Made by a program: the position numbers and the translations under genes. From positions 67,090-131,089 of the forward strand of contig JAOUJW010000003.1 of NCBI GenBank assembly GCA_029882975.1: DNA of 64,000 bases, given 5' to 3'. Positions 17,788-27,365 of the stretch are shown piece after piece (position 1 is the first letter of the stretch; the number at the start of each line of letters is the position of its first letter). A model generated the notes under the pieces. It was given only the letters and a program-made list of their open reading frames with translations. It had not been told where the DNA came from and made no database searches. Source of the stretch: Gammaproteobacteria bacterium. Its GTDB lineage: Bacteria > Pseudomonadota > Gammaproteobacteria > SZUA-152.

Positions 17788-19158
17788 TCACTCATTGTGT
17801 TCCGCTACTTTGAACATGCCATTCTGGGTATAGGCCGGACGTAATTGCCGTGGGTCCAATTTAGCGGCACTGTCCAGGCCCCGGCGTAGACTGGAACACT
17901 GTTGGGATTCTACCGCATTAAGATTGCGGGTTACGCGTACGGCTTTGACTAAAAACTGGCCGTGTTCATTGCTAAGTACCGTACCGTCTTTAAGGTGAAA
18001 ATGGGCATCTTCCTCGTCATCCCAGGGCAGACCCCATAGACGGCCTTCTCCATAATAACTCAATGTGTGGCGGGAACCGTGGTGCGGATTACCGGCAGCG
18101 CTCGTATTGGTGCGATCATTGTCTGCACTGTGGGTGTAACGAAAAATGAGCGGGTAGTGTTCATGGACAGCGACACTCTGGCCTTGCCGTACCGGGTAGG
18201 GTTCCGCCTGTTCGTAAGGGCGGTAGTTGCCATCTTCGGCGTGATACAGTTTGTACAGCACTTTGGTGTCGCTGCCGTCGCGGTTGCTGAAGCATATACC
18301 GGTTTCCGGGGTTCGGTTACCACGACTCAGGATGTGATTGCGGTTAAAACTTTGGATGGAGTCCAGTTCTTCCGGTAATCCCATGTAGTCGTACTGTAGG
18401 ACCGAGCGGCTGATTCCTGACTCGCCTTTAACACCGTTGAGCAAAACCACGGAACGGGCATGGTAAGTGTAAGGAGTATTGCGGCCGAAGCTGGAGCTGA
18501 GTTCCAAACGGTTTTGGCCGTGGGTATCTTTGCGTACGCGAACGTAGCCGATACCGTACTCCCTGGGGTCGCCAATATTCCCGCCGTAGAGTCCGTCATC
18601 TACTGTGATTTCATAGCTCATGCTGAAAATACCGTAGGGACTGTCGGCGTTGGCACTTTGTTCTATTTTTATTTGAGCCGCCAGCGAGGCATTGACTGCC
18701 TGTGGATGACTCAGATTCAGATCCGATTGCGGTAACTCAGTTCTTAGGCTGACATATTGGGCGGTTGCGGCGCTATTACGTTTGGACTCTATTTTAACGT
18801 TGAGATTGTTGGCCTGTAATTCCTCACCCATGCGACAGTTGCCCGTGGCAACAACACGCTGGTAAGGTCCTTTGTTGATGTTTTTATCAGCTTGGGTTTG
18901 GTGCAGTAAACAAAGCACCAGATTCACCGTATCCAGGTTCGGTGCCGGACCGTCAGTACTCAGTTCGGTCGATGTATAGTGGAGCAGTTTGTCGCTGTGG
19001 TATTCGCTTGTGGCACTATCAACGCTGTCGCTGGATGCCGCCGTAGATTGCAGCGGAGAAATGTGTAACGGTAACGCCAGTCCGTCTAATTGGGTAACGG
19101 TTTGGCTGGAGCAGGCAGACAATAACAGCGATGAAAGTAGGAGTGGTTTTTTATACAT
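17788..19158 (-). CDS. Hypothetical lipoprotein (456 aa)
   Basis: Lipobox LLLSACSS. Long ORF with clear coding periodicity. No recognisable domain. Confidence 0.5.
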   Translation of the reverse strand: MYKKPLLLSSLLLSACSSQTVTQLDGLALPLHISPLQSTAASSDSVDSATSEYHSDKLLHYTSTELSTDGPAPNLDTVNLVLCLLHQTQADKNINKGPYQRVVATGNCRMGEELQANNLNVKIESKRNSAATAQYVSLRTELPQSDLNLSHPQAVNASLAAQIKIEQSANADSPYGIFSMSYEITVDDGLYGGNIGDPREYGIGYVRVRKDTHGQNRLELSSSFGRNTPYTYHARSVVLLNGVKGESGISRSVLQYDYMGLPEELDSIQSFNRNHILSRGNRTPETGICFSNRDGSDTKVLYKLYHAEDGNYRPYEQAEPYPVRQGQSVAVHEHYPLIFRYTHSADNDRTNTSAAGNPHHGSRHTLSYYGEGRLWGLPWDDEEDAHFHLKDGTVLSNEHGQFLVKAVRVTRNLNAVESQQCSSLRRGLDSAAKLDPRQLRPAYTQNGMFKVAEHNE

Positions 19159-19535
19159 AGTTACGCACCTGTGTAAATAGTTGCCTCTGATTTAAAACTT
19201 GGTTTTGAATCTACGTGTCTTAAAAATTAGCAGACAGCTAAGAATTGGGAAATAAGCTAAACGTCCTAAGCTGTACTGACGCCTTAGTCCATTGGGATTA
19301 GGTAGATAGGGTTTTTACTCTCCAGACTGAATGCTTGCTGAACCGGTGTTGAAGAATATGTGCATGGTGGTGGTGGGGAAGGCTCCGATTTTTGTGGCCG
19401 TGAGGGCCAAAGACGGGTTAACGTAATGGGTGTATCGTTACGACACTGTGTTTAATATTGCAGGATTTGCCTGACGACTGTGGATATTAAGGTGCCAGGT
19501 GCCTGTTGGGGTATGACCGGGTAACTTTTGTTGAA

Positions 19536-19811
19536 TCAGTGCAATTTTTTTACCCCGGTCCAGCGTTTTTCTCCGGGATGCGCTGCGGCCACATGTTTCT
19601 CGGAAGCTTGCAAAGCATCTTCCCAGCTTTTGGCACAAGCACCCAGCCACGTGGTTTTACCGTGAACGCTGTGGGTGCAAAGGGGGTAATAGGGCTTATC
19701 ACCTGGACAATTTTGAGTTTGTGCCGGAACTGGGCGGTCACAGGCGCTCAAACCAAGCAGGAAAAAGCCGCCCATGACGACATAGATTTTCTTTGTTGTG
19801 ACGATACTCAT
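19536..19811 (-). CDS. Small Cys-containing lipoprotein (hypothetical)
   Basis: Lipobox FLLGLSAC followed by 4 Cys. An isolated small ORF, so confidence is low. Confidence 0.3.
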   Translation of the reverse strand: MSIVTTKKIYVVMGGFFLLGLSACDRPVPAQTQNCPGDKPYYPLCTHSVHGKTTWLGACAKSWEDALQASEKHVAAAHPGEKRWTGVKKLH

Positions 19812-20066
19812 TTTCGGTGTTCCCTTGCAATGTCAAACTAAAAAGGACTTTCAACTGAGCGACCCGTTCGTCCATTAATCACGTTTCAGATAGTAGTCGT
19901 GTTTTACCTCGATGCCAATTGGATGTTGTGTGGTGTCGTTGTTGAGGGTCAAAACTCTGGCGCAATTAATGAATAATGAGACAAGATGCTTTATAACAGT
20001 TGCAACCCTGAATGGTTAGGTATTATACATTTTTGTGCGCGGGGAGCGATTCTATTATTTAAGTAT

Positions 20067-21539
20067 ATGAGGAATAAACGATTTATGTGGGTGTGCTTTG
20101 GTTTTTCCTGCTCTAAGTCCATCAGGATTTTTGGGAAACTGTCCCTGGTTTTGGCGCTATCACTTATGTTCCGCCCTGTCTGTGCCGGGGAGTTACCGCT
20201 GACGCTGTCGACCTTGTTGAAACAGAGCGGTTTCGCTACCGAGGGTATCGCAGTATACGTGCAAGCGGTGGATGACGATATGCCTTTTGTTGCGTTCCAA
20301 GAAGACACAGCCTTAAATCCAGCTTCGGTGGTGAAACTCGTTACCACGGCGGCCTCGCTAGGGATATTGGGCTCGGGTTACCGGTGGACCACAGAGGTCG
20401 CTTACACCGGTGCGCTGGAGCAGCAAACTTTAAAGGGCGATTTGTATTTTCGTGGCAACGGCGATCCTTATCTGACTCCGGAGCGTTTCTGGCGTTTGCT
20501 GAATCGAGTTTCCTTTTATGGTATTCGCAATATTGCCGGAAACGTGTACGTGGACAATTCTTATTTTTTACCCGGTCCGGTGGATTATGGAGCATTTGAT
20601 GGACAGCCTTACCGCACATATAACGTGGGGCCGTCCGCGTTGCTGGTCGGGTTTCAAGCAACGGAATTTCATTTTTCCGTGACGCAGGGGCAGGTCACCA
20701 TTCAGGCATTTCCCGCTTCGCCTAAGCTTCGAATTGTTAACAATGTCAAAATGTCACGTGGAGGCTGTGGAGCCTGGCAAAAACGATTACAGCTGGACAC
20801 GGAGTCTGCGGGGGAAGAGCTTCGCGTGATTTTTTCGGGAAAGTACCCGAAAGCTTGTGACAAAAAAACGTTCTATAGACGCGTGAGCGATGCGGGTGAT
20901 CACTTTCAACACTATTTTGTACCCATTTGGCAGCAGTTGGGTGGTTCTTTAACCGGGTCAGTTAAAGCGTCCACTTTGCCGGAGGGGGCAACGCTGGCAT
21001 TGCAAGAACCTTCCATTTCCCTCTCCGAAGCGATAAGAATGATTAACAAATACAGCAACAATGTCATGACCCGGCAGTTATTGCTATCTCTTGGGGCTGA
21101 AGTGTATGGGCAGCCCGGAACCGCAGAGAAAGGGGTCGCTGCAGTGGAGCAGTGGTTGCAACAACAAAACCTCAAGGACGATGTACTACAGTTGGATAAC
21201 GGTGCGGGCTTGTCGAGAAATACCCGAGTTAGTGCGGCGATGCTGGGTAAGTTGCTGAGATATACTTATCACCAGGCTTATATGCCGGAGTTTATCGCCT
21301 CGTTACCTGTATCCGGCCATGACGGTACCATGGCCTCGCGGTTCAAAGGAGATGAGATCCAAGGGCACGCACACATTAAAACCGGGTTGCTTAACTTCGT
21401 TCAAACTATGGCCGGTTATGTAACAACGCCTAAAGGGCAGCGTTATGTGGTGGTTTTACTACAAAATCATCCCAAGGCCCACACTGCAAAAGGGCAACAA
21501 TTGCAGGATGAAGTGATCCGATGGGTATATAGCTTATAA
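20067..21539 (+). CDS. dacB: D-alanyl-D-alanine carboxypeptidase/endopeptidase (PBP4 family)
   Basis: SxxK active-site motif in PASVVKLVTTAASL. PBP4-like length and architecture. Signal-peptide-like N-terminus. The start could lie anywhere in 19986-20085. Confidence 0.7.
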   Translation: MRNKRFMWVCFGFSCSKSIRIFGKLSLVLALSLMFRPVCAGELPLTLSTLLKQSGFATEGIAVYVQAVDDDMPFVAFQEDTALNPASVVKLVTTAASLGILGSGYRWTTEVAYTGALEQQTLKGDLYFRGNGDPYLTPERFWRLLNRVSFYGIRNIAGNVYVDNSYFLPGPVDYGAFDGQPYRTYNVGPSALLVGFQATEFHFSVTQGQVTIQAFPASPKLRIVNNVKMSRGGCGAWQKRLQLDTESAGEELRVIFSGKYPKACDKKTFYRRVSDAGDHFQHYFVPIWQQLGGSLTGSVKASTLPEGATLALQEPSISLSEAIRMINKYSNNVMTRQLLLSLGAEVYGQPGTAEKGVAAVEQWLQQQNLKDDVLQLDNGAGLSRNTRVSAAMLGKLLRYTYHQAYMPEFIASLPVSGHDGTMASRFKGDEIQGHAHIKTGLLNFVQTMAGYVTTPKGQRYVVVLLQNHPKAHTAKGQQLQDEVIRWVYSL

Positions 21540-21574
21540 GTGCTGACTCAAGGAGCGTAAGTTGGTGCGATAGT

Positions 21575-22744
21575 ATGAATGAAGAGAATCAGAATATGGG
21601 TAAGGTGACTGCTCCGGAACCTAAACGGGCACTGGTGCTCATGGGGGGAGGTGCGCGTGCCGCTTATCAGGTAGGCGTGCTCAAAGCGCTGGTTGAACTA
21701 CTGCCCAAGAATACACCCAATCCATTCCCCGTGATCACCGGAACTTCCGCCGGTGCTATCAACGCTGTAGCCATAGCGGTTTACGGCGCACGTTTGCAAG
21801 AGGCGGTGGCGCGGTTGCACCGAATTTGGCATAACTTCCGTGTATACCATGTATTCAAAGCAGATGTGTGGGGTATCACAGTATCCGGGTTTCACTGGAT
21901 TATTAGTGTGTTGTTGGTGGGGTTGGGGAAATACAATCCGGTATGCTTTCTGGATCGAGCACCTTTACGCAAACTGTTGCAGCGATATTTGCCCTGTGAA
22001 AACATACAAAAATCCTTGGATGAAGGTATTTTGGAATCTCTGTGTATCTCAGCTTCTTCGTATACTACAGGACGCTCAGTTGTGTTTTATCACAGTAAAT
22101 ATACGGTGGTTCCGTGGAATCGGGCGCGACGAGTGGGTGTGCCGGAGCATATAACTTTAGACCACCTCATGGCCTCGTCAGCCATCCCTTTTGTTTTTTC
22201 AGCCGTGAAATTGGGGCAGGACTATTACGGTGATGGTTCCATGAGACAGACGGCACCTATCAGTCCGGCAATTCACATGGGAGCGAACAAGGTGTTGGTG
22301 ATAGAGGTGAGTGCCGAGCCCAAGTCCTACGGCGTCCCGGATCACGCTCAAGGTTATCCTACCTTAGCCCAAGTCGGCGGGCACATTCTCAACAGTATTT
22401 TCATTGACGGCTTGGAATCGGATCTGGAGCGATTGCGGCGCATCAACAAGACCTTGGATATCATTCCCTCGCACCATCTGGTGGAACACAATATTTCTTT
22501 GCGTCATGTGGATGTATTGGTGGTATCTCCCAGCCAGGATTTACAGGAAATCTCCATGCGTCATGTGCAGGCCCTGCCCCGAATTGTACGGTTTCTGCTG
22601 AAAGGAATTGGGGCTTTGGATAGCAAAGGCAGCAGTCTGGTGAGTTATCTTTTGTTTGAAAAAAGTTTTTGCCGTGAGGTGATAGCCCTGGGCTATGAAG
22701 ACGCAATGGCGCGAAAAGAAGAATTGCTGAACTTTTTGTCGTAA
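21575..22744 (+). CDS. Patatin-like phospholipase
   Basis: Oxyanion loop GGGARAAYQVGVL. GxSxG nucleophile motif GTSAGAINA. A downstream DG(S/A) region is present. Confidence 0.75.
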   Translation: MNEENQNMGKVTAPEPKRALVLMGGGARAAYQVGVLKALVELLPKNTPNPFPVITGTSAGAINAVAIAVYGARLQEAVARLHRIWHNFRVYHVFKADVWGITVSGFHWIISVLLVGLGKYNPVCFLDRAPLRKLLQRYLPCENIQKSLDEGILESLCISASSYTTGRSVVFYHSKYTVVPWNRARRVGVPEHITLDHLMASSAIPFVFSAVKLGQDYYGDGSMRQTAPISPAIHMGANKVLVIEVSAEPKSYGVPDHAQGYPTLAQVGGHILNSIFIDGLESDLERLRRINKTLDIIPSHHLVEHNISLRHVDVLVVSPSQDLQEISMRHVQALPRIVRFLLKGIGALDSKGSSLVSYLLFEKSFCREVIALGYEDAMARKEELLNFLS

Positions 22745-22776
22745 GCTATGGGTTTACCTTATCAGGAGGCATTGTG

Positions 22777-23157
22777 ATGCCCTTTATTCACATTAAAAGC
22801 CTGCCGTACGCACAACCCAAACCCATGCATGCTATTTTGCCGGCTTTATGTCGGGATTTTTCCCAAGCGCTGGCCATACCATTGGAGCACGTGCATGCCA
22901 CTTGGGAATATTTCCAAGCCGGACATTTTTGCAAAGGAGATGATGCGCCTTTGCTGCAGCCGGACTCGCCGCATTCGGTATTGGTGGATTTGTTGACCCC
23001 GGATTTTAATGATGCCGATACGGTGGTGCGCATGTTAAGCAGTATAGCTCATAGTTTGGAGCGTCATGCAGCCGTACCATTGAATAAAATTTTTATAATT
23101 CACCGCGAGGCCGCGTCGGGCAGTGTGTTTGATGATGGCGTAATTGCGAGTTGGTAA
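22777..23157 (+). CDS. Hypothetical protein, possibly tautomerase superfamily (Pro-1 after Met)
   Basis: AGGAGG lies 8 nt upstream of the ATG at 22777. The protein begins MPFIHIK.., the N-terminal Pro hallmark of the 4-OT/MSAD-like fold. Confidence 0.4.
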   Translation: MPFIHIKSLPYAQPKPMHAILPALCRDFSQALAIPLEHVHATWEYFQAGHFCKGDDAPLLQPDSPHSVLVDLLTPDFNDADTVVRMLSSIAHSLERHAAVPLNKIFIIHREAASGSVFDDGVIASW

Positions 23158-23204
23158 AACAATGTGCAGTGGGTTTTAGTTGATCGGAAAATCCGTAAAT
23201 ATAT

Positions 23205-23238
23205 AAAAGCCCGGTAACAACCGGGCTTGTTGGTTTAG
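23205..23238. terminator. Bidirectional rho-independent terminator between convergent genes
   Basis: Hairpin agcccgg-taacaa-ccgggct. It is flanked by T-runs on both strands (tgttggttt on the plus strand, ttttatatattt on the minus strand). Confidence 0.55.
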
Positions 23239-23249
23239 ATAGGTCTGGC

Positions 23250-24851
23250 TCAGGAGACCTTGAAATGAGATACCAGGTTCATCAAGTCTTGTGACAGACT
23301 GGCTACCTGTTCTGCAGAACGGGCGGTATGTTGAATGGCGCTGGTAACCCTCTCAGCCGCTTGATTGATATTTACCACATTTTTGTTGATTTCGTCCGCC
23401 ACAGAGGACTGTTCCTCGGTGGCGGTAGAGATCTGAATGTTCATATCGCTGATGTTGGTGATCATGTCAGTGATGGTGTTCAAGGACTGTTCCGATTGAT
23501 TAGCCTGATGCACGCTCTTATCCGTAATGGTTTGGCTGGATTCCATGGAGCTCACCGCATTTAAGGCATCGGATTGAAGTTTTTCAATCATACCCTGAAT
23601 TTCCTGGGTGGATTGTTGGGTCCGGGTGGCCAGAGTGCGAACTTCATCGGCTACCACTGCAAAGCCTCGGCCTTGTTCGCCGGCACGGGCCGCTTCGATA
23701 GCCGCGTTCAATGCCAGCAGATTGGTTTGTTCAGCGATGCCTTTGATAACGTCCAGCACGCTGCCAATATTATCCGTTTCAGCTTTAACTTGGCTGATAA
23801 TAACGGAAGTCTGGTTCATTTCCTGTGCCAGCAGATTGATTTGTGAGCGAGTTTGAGACACCACTTGCTTGCCACTATTGGTTTCCTGGTCAGCTTTTTG
23901 AGCGGACTCGGCGGCGATGGAGGCGTTATTGGCCACTTCAGCAATAGTTGCGGTCATTTCGTTTACAGCGGTGGCTACCATGGTGGTTTCGTTTTGTTGT
24001 TCTTCCACTGTGTATTTAACCTGATCGGCCATATTGGCCAGTTCGCTGGCTGTTTGGCTTACTTGTTGACTGGTGCGAGAAATGCTTTCAATAATTACCC
24101 GAATTTTTGCGACAAAGGAGTTGAAATGGGTTGCCAGGTTAGCCAGTTCATCGTTACCGTGTACCGGTAGCTGAGCGGTTAAATCACCGTCCACTTCGGC
24201 GATTTGACGTAGTTGTTTGGCGGCATTGGCAATAGGGGCGGCGACATACTTGGTGCTGAACAAGGAAATGCCGGCGGCAACCAACAGGCCGATGATAGTC
24301 ACCAGAGCCATAGAGACAAATACGATATTAGTGGTTTCATTGATTTTTTTCTGCTGATTTTCAATAGTGCCGTCACCCAGTTCTTCCACACGTTCCATTA
24401 ATTCCAATAAATGCTGGGATTTGTTGTAATAGTCTCGGTGTGCGCTGCTCACATCGCCGTTAGCGGTTAGCACTTGAAGTAACTGCTCTGCCGATAGATG
24501 ATACTGGTTCATGGCGCTGTGCAGTTCGGCTATGGAGTTAGCATTGATCAGGCCGGAGCTTTCCATGGATTTCACGGCTTCCAGGGTAAACGTTTTGGCG
24601 TTTTTGAGTTCGCCAAGCAGGGGGGCATTCATACCTTGGGTTTCCATTTGGTTCACCAGGAGCATTTGTTTTTGGATGCCTATTGTGGTTTCCATGGCGC
24701 CATCAGCAGCAGACCAGGCTTGGTTTGTAATATAGTCGACGATATTGACCAGTTTATTGGCGCCGTAAAATCCCACGCCGCAGGCGGCCAGCATAAGCAG
24801 GGTCAAGGTGGCCACGCCAATGTTAATTTTGTTGCCGATCGATAATTTCAT
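23250..24851 (-). CDS. Methyl-accepting chemotaxis protein
   Basis: N-terminal transmembrane segment, periplasmic domain, second transmembrane segment, HAMP domain, then the conserved MCP signalling domain (..[28 protein letters not shown]..). Confidence 0.85.
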   Translation of the reverse strand: MKLSIGNKINIGVATLTLLMLAACGVGFYGANKLVNIVDYITNQAWSAADGAMETTIGIQKQMLLVNQMETQGMNAPLLGELKNAKTFTLEAVKSMESSGLINANSIAELHSAMNQYHLSAEQLLQVLTANGDVSSAHRDYYNKSQHLLELMERVEELGDGTIENQQKKINETTNIVFVSMALVTIIGLLVAAGISLFSTKYVAAPIANAAKQLRQIAEVDGDLTAQLPVHGNDELANLATHFNSFVAKIRVIIESISRTSQQVSQTASELANMADQVKYTVEEQQNETTMVATAVNEMTATIAEVANNASIAAESAQKADQETNSGKQVVSQTRSQINLLAQEMNQTSVIISQVKAETDNIGSVLDVIKGIAEQTNLLALNAAIEAARAGEQGRGFAVVADEVRTLATRTQQSTQEIQGMIEKLQSDALNAVSSMESSQTITDKSVHQANQSEQSLNTITDMITNISDMNIQISTATEEQSSVADEINKNVVNINQAAERVTSAIQHTARSAEQVASLSQDLMNLVSHFKVS

Positions 24852-25146
24852 GGGTATCCCTTTGTTTCACGTTACCAATACATAAGTTTGGGTTCATCAG
24901 CATCGGTAAATAAGCCGTCCAGGCTGCTAAACCGCTCCTTGCCTCATGTCATACCAGCATATTTTGTGGATAGGCAATGCGTTGATAGACGATGGGTCTT
25001 GGAATTCTAAAACCCTATCGTCAAATTGGCCGGTGGGGCTTAGAATGTAATGTTGCAGTAATGTGAATTCTCAGGCAGGAAGGCTGATGCAATGCCACTC
25101 CGGCTGGGGTAAAATGCGCCGGTCGAGAATTCAGTAGGAGAATCAG

Positions 25147-25635
25147 GTGATTAAAGCAGACAGTGTGGTTACATTTCACTATCGGGTGAGCGATGCCGAT
25201 GGGGCACTTTTGGAAGAGTCTTATGGTGGAGATCCCTTGGCCTATTTACACGGTCATAACGGTATGTTGCCCGCCTTGGAGTCTGCGCTGGAGGGCAAGA
25301 GTGTGGGGGATGAGTTTGAGGTAACATTGGATCCAGAGCAGGCATATGGGCAGCGGAGGGAGGATTCGGTGCAGAGAATCTCGCCTAAACACGTTGTTCC
25401 GGCGTCACGCAAAAGCAAATACACACCGGGGATGCTGATTCAGGTTAACACGGCCGAAGGGCCTCGTGATGTGATTGTGGTGAAGGCCGGGCTTAAAACG
25501 CTTGATGTGGATACCAATCATCCCTTTGCCGGTAAAACCCTGACTTTTGCAGTTAAAATTGAAACGGTCCGTGAGGCAACTGAAGAAGAACTTGCCCACG
25601 GTCATGCGCATGGTGTGGGCGGACATCACCACTGA
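25147..25635 (+). CDS. slyD: FKBP-type peptidyl-prolyl isomerase SlyD
   Basis: FKBP/IF-domain pattern (VVTFHYRVSDADG..LLEES..GD). His-rich C-terminal tail HGHAHGVGGHHH. Confidence 0.8.
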   Translation: MIKADSVVTFHYRVSDADGALLEESYGGDPLAYLHGHNGMLPALESALEGKSVGDEFEVTLDPEQAYGQRREDSVQRISPKHVVPASRKSKYTPGMLIQVNTAEGPRDVIVVKAGLKTLDVDTNHPFAGKTLTFAVKIETVREATEEELAHGHAHGVGGHHH

Positions 25636-25673
25636 TATCACATAAGATCAATTTAGTAGGCAGGAGTTAAGTT

Positions 25674-26132
25674 TTGAAAACAGCCCTTTATTCAGTAGCT
25701 GCACTGGTGATTTTTGTGCTTCTTAGCCTGGCCGTTCTTTCCATGTTTTCGCGGCAGCAGCCTCTGCTGGGCTTGCGTAGCGGCAAATTATTGCCTTGTC
25801 CCGAAACCCCCAATTGCGTGTGCAGCGAGGCCGCAGGGTTGGCATCCTCTATTGCTCCCATCGCTGTCAATGCGGAACCTCAAGCGGCATTAGAACATTT
25901 GAAATCTGTATTAAAACAACAGGGTGGTGAGATTATCACCGAGTCGGAAAATTACTTGCGTCTGAGTTTCAGTACCCGTATTTTTCGTTTTGTGGATGAT
26001 TTAGAGCTGCGCTTGGATTTTCCTAATAAACTAATCCACGTTCGATCGGCATCTCGCGTAGGACACTCTGACTTGGACGCCAATCGCCTGCGGGTAGAAG
26101 CCATCCGGGCTGCATTCGAATCCAACAGCTAG
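25674..26132 (+). CDS. DUF1499-family membrane-anchored protein
   Basis: N-terminal transmembrane segment, then a conserved C..P..PNCV segment (LLPCPETPNCVCSE). Confidence 0.5.
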   Translation: MKTALYSVAALVIFVLLSLAVLSMFSRQQPLLGLRSGKLLPCPETPNCVCSEAAGLASSIAPIAVNAEPQAALEHLKSVLKQQGGEIITESENYLRLSFSTRIFRFVDDLELRLDFPNKLIHVRSASRVGHSDLDANRLRVEAIRAAFESNS

Positions 26133-26139
26133 CCAAAGC

Positions 26140-26549
26140 CTAAGAGCGCTGTAACAGTTCTATAAGCTCCTCCAGCCGCCCCTCATCCACCAGGGCCAGC
26201 AATGGGGTGTTGCCCAGGGCGGCGTGTTGTCGCCGCATCCAGTTGATTTGACGTACATTATCTTGCGGAAACGTCTCTAGCAAGGCCTCAAAGAAAAGCA
26301 AAAATCGTTCGGCGCGATAGGCTGCATTGGAATTCTGTGCCAGAATTTGATCCAAGCTTGCCTCATCGGATACTTGGGGGCATTGCAATCCGAGAATACG
26401 GGCTAACTCTGCGCGATACAGGTCAAGATGGTCACAAGCCAAAAGCAAGCGGCTGATGGTGGATAGTGTTGCCATTGTTTTACAATTGTCCAACTGTGCC
26501 GACATTGAAAATTTCGTTTTAAAGATCGGTTCTAAGGCCGATGAATACA
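26140..26549 (-). CDS. DUF2384 (Xre/MbcA/ParS-type antitoxin-like) protein, apparently orphan
   Basis: The C-terminus matches the antitoxin toxin-binding domain consensus (W..RRQHAALGNTPLLALVDEGRLEELIELLQR). The longer 5' extension to 26757 would overlap the receiver gene and was rejected. Confidence 0.4.
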
Positions 26550-26602
26550 TCACTATTATACCTGTAGCGGACTGATTCCCAATGAATCTTCTGTAAAAGA
26601 CA

Positions 26603-26995
26603 ATGGATGTATTTGAAAAAAAATATTCGGGTAGAGTGTTACTGGTTGATGACAGTAAAACCAATCGTATTGTCGGTGGTAAATACCTGGAGAAGCTGGG
26701 TTTGCAGGTGGATCTTGCAGAAGGCTGTGATGAAGCCATCAGCGCTTGCGAGCACAATCGCTACCATATCATATTCATGGACATCTACATGCCCGATACG
26801 GACGGTATAGCAACGGCTAAAATTATCCGTTCGCGACTTTTATCCTATTGCCCCATTATTGCTCTGACCGGACATGGTGCCGAAGCGCTGGCGGACGATC
26901 TGCTGCAGAGCAAAATGAATGGAGTTATCGAAAAGCCGGTGACTCCGCAAAAACTCATATTAGAGCTGGACAAGTATCTGCGCAAAGTATCCTGA
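26603..26995 (+). CDS. Stand-alone response-regulator receiver (CheY-like)
   Basis: Receiver hallmarks: LLVDDS, phospho-acceptor Asp in FMDIYMPDTDG, conserved T in ALTG, conserved K in EKP. Confidence 0.8.
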   Translation: MDVFEKKYSGRVLLVDDSKTNRIVGGKYLEKLGLQVDLAEGCDEAISACEHNRYHIIFMDIYMPDTDGIATAKIIRSRLLSYCPIIALTGHGAEALADDLLQSKMNGVIEKPVTPQKLILELDKYLRKVS

Positions 26996-27365
26996 AGTTT
27001 TTTCACTTTTATTTTTAAGCTTTGTTTGATGATATCCTGAAAAATCTTTTGGTACCACAGAGATGTGGATGAGTCCTGGAATGGAAACGATTTCATGCGC
27101 TGGTATCGATTTTTTATAAGTGTTTCTTATATCCGTATATAATTTAGTTTTAATCTAGCCCCTTATTTTCCTTGCTAACTGTGGCCACTTTATTTTAGAG
27201 TGGATATGTTATGTGGTAACCAAGCAGCTCATAACCTTCGCTAATTGCGATATCACCACTAACAGCCATGGCTGTCCGACAGGAAGTCGCAACTGTTATT
27301 CAAAAAAAGAAACTGTTATCAGGAATTTAACAGTCATTCTCGAAACTTTATAGGTCGGGGGATTT

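Noticed and set aside
17737-17790. Possible hairpin (ggttgt..acaacc) between convergent genes, considered as a terminator.
   Set aside because: Imperfect 6-bp stem and no T-run on either strand. Not reported as a feature.
26550-26757. 5' extension of the DUF2384 ORF to 205 aa.
   Set aside because: It overlaps the well-formed receiver-domain gene on the opposite strand. The conserved domain starts after the internal Met, so the shorter CDS was used.
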